In this document: one piece after another, positions 59,581-64,000 of the stretch
How positions within the stretch are numbered: the stretch's first letter is position 1
Layout: each line of letters begins with the position of its first letter
Source: Dehalococcoidia bacterium
GTDB lineage: Bacteria > Chloroflexota > Dehalococcoidia > GIF9 > UBA5629
DNA length: 64,000 nucleotides
Assembly (NCBI GenBank): GCA_050011565.1
Contig: JBEKIW010000001.1
Span: forward strand, 608,001-672,000
Reading direction: 5' to 3'
Program-made: the position numbers and the translations under genes
Notes under the pieces: model-generated
Told to the model about the DNA's origin: nothing
The model's input: the letters and a program-made list of their open reading frames with translations, nothing else
The model's database searches: none

Positions 59581-60756
59581 ATGGCGCTGAAACGTATAGG
59601 TATGGAGGGTTCCTTCGCTATGGCTGAAGCGGTTAAGCTGGCCCGCGTTGAAGCTGTAGCTGCCTATCCTATTACACCGCAAACTCATATTGTCGAGCGA
59701 TTAGCTGAATTCGTGGCTAACGGCGAGATGGATGCCGAATATATACCCGTAGAATCAGAACACTCAGCGTTAAGCGCCTGCCTGGGGACTTCGGCCGTAG
59801 GCGCCAGAACGTTTACTGCTACTGCTAGCCAGGGATTAGAACTAATGCATGAGGTATTATTTGTTGCCTCAGGTCTAAGGCTGCCGATAGTCATGGCAGT
59901 AGCTAACCGGGCACTTTCAGCGCCGTTGAGCATCTGGACAGACCATTCGGATGTAATGGCAGCCCGGGATTGCGGCTGGATTCAGATATTCGCAGAAAAC
60001 GCTCAGCAAGCCTTTGATTTGACGTTATGTGCCTTTCGTATTGCTGAAGACCAGGCCGTCTTGCTGCCAACGATGGTCCACATTGACGGGTTTTACGTAT
60101 CACACACCATTGAACCCGTTCAATTCCTGGAGAAAGAGGCGGTGGATAAATTCCTGCCCGAATACCATTACCCTTATCCTCTTAACCCGGATAAACCCGT
60201 GACCATAGGTGCCTTTGGGCCACCATTCATTTACACTGAAGCCAAAAAAGCGCACGAGGTCGCATTGGAAGGTTCTAAGAAGTTGATCCTCCAGGTTTGG
60301 AAGCAGTTCGGCAAGATTTCGGGACGTCATTATTTACCGGTGGAGAGTTACAAGACTGAAGACGCCGATGTTCTGCTGCTGTGTATGGGCAGTTTCAGTG
60401 AAACAGCCATGATGGCTATAGACAAAATGCAGGCGGAAGGCCACAAGGTGGGACTGGTAAGGTTGCGTCTGTGGCGGCCGTTCCCCTTTAACGAATTTCG
60501 CAAGGCCGTGAACAAGGCGAAGGTTCTTATCGTCCTTGACCGAGCTCTTTCGCTTGGTGCCATGCCACCAGTAGCTTCTGAAATCCAGGCAGCGCTTTAT
60601 CCATTAAAGGCCAGACCCAAGGTTGTCAGCTATGTCGGCACCCTGGGCGGTAGGGAGATTTCAGCCCAGGGTTTCGAAGACCTTATCCGTCAGGGAGTGG
60701 ACAAAGCAAAAGGCGGCAAAGTCGATGAGTTCGAGATGATAGGAGTTAGAGAATAG
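59581..60756 (+). CDS. porA: Pyruvate:ferredoxin oxidoreductase alpha subunit
   Basis: YPITPQT, ESEHSA, TASQGL, NRALSAP. Confidence 0.95.
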   Translation: MALKRIGMEGSFAMAEAVKLARVEAVAAYPITPQTHIVERLAEFVANGEMDAEYIPVESEHSALSACLGTSAVGARTFTATASQGLELMHEVLFVASGLRLPIVMAVANRALSAPLSIWTDHSDVMAARDCGWIQIFAENAQQAFDLTLCAFRIAEDQAVLLPTMVHIDGFYVSHTIEPVQFLEKEAVDKFLPEYHYPYPLNPDKPVTIGAFGPPFIYTEAKKAHEVALEGSKKLILQVWKQFGKISGRHYLPVESYKTEDADVLLLCMGSFSETAMMAIDKMQAEGHKVGLVRLRLWRPFPFNEFRKAVNKAKVLIVLDRALSLGAMPPVASEIQAALYPLKARPKVVSYVGTLGGREISAQGFEDLIRQGVDKAKGGKVDEFEMIGVRE

Positions 60757-61685
60757 TGGAAAATCTAGCCATATATGTTCCACGACTTACCACTACCAAG
60801 GAATATTTCGCTCCGGGACACCGGGCGTGTATGGGTTGCGGCGAAGCCTTAGCTGTAAGGCTGGTATGTAAAGCCTTGGGCAGGAATGTCATCATCGCCA
60901 ACGCTACCGGGTGCATGGAAATCGTTTCCTCGCCACTGCCTTATACCTCCTGGGAGGTACCGTGGATTCATACTTTGTTTGAGAACACGGCTGCCGTGGC
61001 CTCCGGAATAGAGGCCGGAATAAAAGTCCTGAGCCGCAAAGGAAAATATACCAGGAAAACAAAGGTGGTGGCTATGGGTGGAGACGGCGGTACCGCCGAT
61101 ATAGGGCTCCAGGCGCTTTCAGGTGCCCTGGAAAGGGGTCACAACTTTATGTACGTCTGTTTCGATAACGAGGCTTATATGAACACCGGCATCCAGCGCT
61201 CGAGCGCCACTCCATTTGGTGCTTCCACCACTACCTCGCCGGCAGGCAAGCACAGCATCGGACAGACAACCTGGAAGAAAAACATGCCGGCTATCGCTGC
61301 CGCTCACGACATTCCTTATGTAGCTACGGCGTGTCATAGTTATCCCTTTGACCTTATGACCAAAATCACCAAGGCTATGGCAGTCGAAGGCCCGTCTTAT
61401 ATTCATGTATTGTCGGTGTGCCCCACCGGTTGGCGACTCGCCCCGGAATTAACTATCAGGGCTGGTCGACTGGCCGTGCAAACCGGCATTTTCCCTCTCT
61501 ACGAAATAGAAAAGGGCGAATACACGCTGAATTTTGATTTTCCACAGCTAAGGCCGATAGAGGACTACTTCAAGCTGCAGGGCAGATTCCGGCACCTTTC
61601 AAAAGAAACAATTGCCCAAATCCAGGAAAGGGTAACTGCTAAATATGCCAAACTTAAAGAGAAGACTACGGGAAATAAGTATTGA
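60756..61685 (+). CDS. porB: Pyruvate:ferredoxin oxidoreductase beta subunit
   Basis: GHRACMGC, GGDGG...DNEAYMNTG TPP motif, CPTGW. Confidence 0.95.
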   Translation: MENLAIYVPRLTTTKEYFAPGHRACMGCGEALAVRLVCKALGRNVIIANATGCMEIVSSPLPYTSWEVPWIHTLFENTAAVASGIEAGIKVLSRKGKYTRKTKVVAMGGDGGTADIGLQALSGALERGHNFMYVCFDNEAYMNTGIQRSSATPFGASTTTSPAGKHSIGQTTWKKNMPAIAAAHDIPYVATACHSYPFDLMTKITKAMAVEGPSYIHVLSVCPTGWRLAPELTIRAGRLAVQTGIFPLYEIEKGEYTLNFDFPQLRPIEDYFKLQGRFRHLSKETIAQIQERVTAKYAKLKEKTTGNKY

Positions 61686-61687
61686 CT

Positions 61688-62137
61688 ATGAATGAAAAAG
61701 TTACCGCTATCGTCAACAAATACAATGGTGACAGGGGACAGCTAGTTTCCATACTTCAAGATATCCAGACTGAATGCTATTACCTTCCCGAAGAAGCTTT
61801 GATTGAAGTAAGTGATACCATGGGCATTCCTGCCAGCCGTGTTTACGATGTGGCCACTTTTTTCAAAGCATTCAGTCTTGAACCTAGAGGTAAGCATTTA
61901 ATCAACGTTTGTCTGGGCACGGCCTGCCATGTCCGTGGTGGTAGCAGGGTGTTGGAAACTGTGGAACGATGTTTGTCCGTCAAGCGCGGGGAAACCACTA
62001 AAGACCGCAAATTCACACTGGAGACAGTTAATTGCATGGGCTGTTGTGCCGTGGGGCCGGCGGTGAAAATTGACGGCGATTATTATGGACATATGAGCAC
62101 TGATAAAGTGGACGGTATATTAGCCAAATTTGAATAA
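61688..62137 (+). CDS. NuoE/HydC-like [2Fe-2S] subunit
   Basis: VATFF, CLGTAC, CMGCC. Confidence 0.94.
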   Translation: MNEKVTAIVNKYNGDRGQLVSILQDIQTECYYLPEEALIEVSDTMGIPASRVYDVATFFKAFSLEPRGKHLINVCLGTACHVRGGSRVLETVERCLSVKRGETTKDRKFTLETVNCMGCCAVGPAVKIDGDYYGHMSTDKVDGILAKFE

Positions 62138-62152
62138 TTGCTAAAAGATGAA

Positions 62153-64000
62153 ATGCCAAACCAGCTAAGTTCAAAACAAGATTTAGAGGCTCTACGAAAA
62201 GAGCTGATAAAAGAAAGAAGGCCGGACAAGCCGCTAATTGCCATATGCAATGGTACTGCTTGCCGTCCTTACGGTTGTATCCACTTAACCGAGGCCATTA
62301 AACAGGAACTGGCAAAACAAGGCCTGGAGAATAAGATAGGACTGAGAATCACTGGTTGTCACGGGCTATGCGAGAAAGGCCCGATTGTAGTAATTCAACC
62401 GGGTGACATTTTCTACCAGCAGGTAAAATTAGAGGACGTGCCTGAGATATTAAGTGAAACGGCTATTAAAGGCACTGTCATTGACCGGCTGCTTCACGCC
62501 GACCCGATTACGGGCAACAAAGTTGTGCATAGGGATGAAATTCCGTTCTATCGGAAGCAAGTACGGAATATTCTGGGAAACAACGTCGAAATAAATCCTA
62601 CGAAGATAGAGGATTATATCGCTATAGGGGGCTATACAGCTCTAGCCAAAGCCTTGCTCGAAATGACTCCTGAGCAGATAATAGACGAAATAAAACACTC
62701 GGGATTAAGGGGGCGAGGCGGTGCTGGTTTCCCCACGGGATCAAAATGGGAATCATGCCGTCATGCCCCCGGGGATATAAAATACGTTATAGTAAATGCT
62801 GACGAAGGTGACCCGGGAGCCTATGCTAATGAAGGTTTGCTTTCAGGTAATCCGCACAGCGTACTCGAAGGTCTAATCATCGGTGCTTATGCCATCGGAG
62901 CCAAGCAGGGATATGTTTACGTCCGTAATGAATATCCTTTAGCATTGGCTAACGTGACGCTGGCTCTAAATCAGGCCGAACAGTCGGGGCTGCTCGGGGA
63001 CAATATCCTGGGCTCAGGGTTCGATTTTAATGTCCGTATCAACAGAGGCGGTGGAGCCTTCGTGTGTGGTGAGTCCACGGCCTTGATGGCATCGCTCGAA
63101 GGCAAAGTTGGAGAACCGAGAGCTAAATACGTTCATACGGTAGAGAAGGGGCTGTGGAATCGGCCGAGTGACCTAAACAACGTCGAAACCTGGGCCAATG
63201 TGCCATTGATAATCAATAAAGGTGCCGATTGGTATCGAACTCTGGGCACTGAACACAGCAAAGGGACAAAGATATTCTCTTTAGTGGGCAAGATTAATAA
63301 CACGGGCCTGGTTGAAGTTCCTATGGGGATAACACTCAGGGAAATCATCTATGACATAGGTGGCGGCATATGGGGAGGAAAGAGATTCAAGGCGGTTCAG
63401 ACCGGCGGTCCATCAGGCGGATGTCTGCCAGAGAGCCTGCTTGACCTACCGGTAGATTTCGATGAGTTGTCTAAAGCAGGTTCCATGATGGGCTCGGGCG
63501 GCATGATTGTCATGGATGAAACAACCTGTATGGTTGACATCGCCAAGTATTTTCTCACCTTCCTGGAAGAAGAATCTTGTGGTAAGTGTCTGCCCTGTCG
63601 CGAGGGGATAAAGAGAATGCGGCAGGTATTTGATGAAATAACGGAAGGCCGAGGCAGTGAAAAAGATATCGAGTTTCTGGAGCAGCTTTCAGCTACTTTA
63701 GTTGATAGTTCACTCTGCGGGCTAGGCCAGACAGCGCCAAACCCTGTTCTGACCACAATGCGTTACTTCAGGGACGAGTACGAAGCTCATATAAAAGAGA
63801 AGAGGTGCCCCGCCGGCGTCTGCAAGGCTTTAATCCACTACTACATAATAGAAGAAAAATGCCCGGGATGTGGACTTTGTGTCAAAGAGTGTCCACAAGA
63901 GGCCATAACCTTCATGGGCAAGAAAAAGCCGGTGGTTATGGATGAATCGAAATGTATAAAGTGCGGTGTTTGCGGCGACGTCTGTAAGCTGGATGCCGTA
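62153..64000 (+). CDS. NuoF/HydB-like FMN/NAD-binding subunit (3' end beyond window)
   Basis: Manual translation: MPNQLSSK...CNGTAC...GCHGLCEKGP, LRGRGGAGFPTG, NADEGDPG, CGKCLPCREG, CPAGVC, CPGCGLC..CP, CIKCGVC. Confidence 0.94.
   Translation, partial: MPNQLSSKQDLEALRKELIKERRPDKPLIAICNGTACRPYGCIHLTEAIKQELAKQGLENKIGLRITGCHGLCEKGPIVVIQPGDIFYQQVKLEDVPEILSETAIKGTVIDRLLHADPITGNKVVHRDEIPFYRKQVRNILGNNVEINPTKIEDYIAIGGYTALAKALLEMTPEQIIDEIKHSGLRGRGGAGFPTGSKWESCRHAPGDIKYVIVNADEGDPGAYANEGLLSGNPHSVLEGLIIGAYAIGAKQGYVYVRNEYPLALANVTLALNQAEQSGLLGDNILGSGFDFNVRINRGGGAFVCGESTALMASLEGKVGEPRAKYVHTVEKGLWNRPSDLNNVETWANVPLIINKGADWYRTLGTEHSKGTKIFSLVGKINNTGLVEVPMGITLREIIYDIGGGIWGGKRFKAVQTGGPSGGCLPESLLDLPVDFDELSKAGSMMGSGGMIVMDETTCMVDIAKYFLTFLEEESCGKCLPCREGIKRMRQVFDEITEGRGSEKDIEFLEQLSATLVDSSLCGLGQTAPNPVLTTMRYFRDEYEAHIKEKRCPAGVCKALIHYYIIEEKCPGCGLCVKECPQEAITFMGKKKPVVMDESKCIKCGVCGDVCKLDAV

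Overview
A mostly housekeeping, gene-dense window (about 55 CDS and 5 tRNAs) from an anaerobic bacterium, most likely Dehalococcoidia/Chloroflexota. That assignment is inferred from gene content and was not checked against a database. Core content: surE, thiolase, argC, rimI, pyrD, a B12-dependent methylmalonyl-CoA mutase operon with an embedded acyl-CoA dehydrogenase, split ADP-forming acyl-CoA synthetase subunits, a K+-independent H+-PPase, ThiD2-ThiE, alaS-ruvX-aroE-sppA-aroC-aroKB, tgt, aspS, tig-clpP, dprA-topA-aroQ-pepP-efp, a P-type ATPase, and a por operon running into a NuoEF/HydCB-like module at the right edge. Two large genes are missing from the ORF track because they run off the window: a secreted DUF3494 ice-binding/beta-helix protein on the left and the NuoF/HydB-like gene on the right. 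The most notable observations are: (1) the ice-binding protein has a long leader containing a perfect-SD mini-ORF ending in three Arg codons whose stop sits inside a terminator-like hairpin, and it lies next to an archaeal-type AglB oligosaccharyltransferase; (2) a PurN-like formyltransferase/COG4030 HAD/PfkB kinase trio of unknown function; (3) a POR-coupled, bifurcating-type flavoprotein with an altered NAD/FMN motif; (4) a textbook C2H2 zinc finger; (5) a translin homolog; (6) a frameshifted HEPN gene in an AT-rich islet; (7) a probable ATA start codon for tgt. No CRISPR array, rRNA, integrase or transposase was seen.
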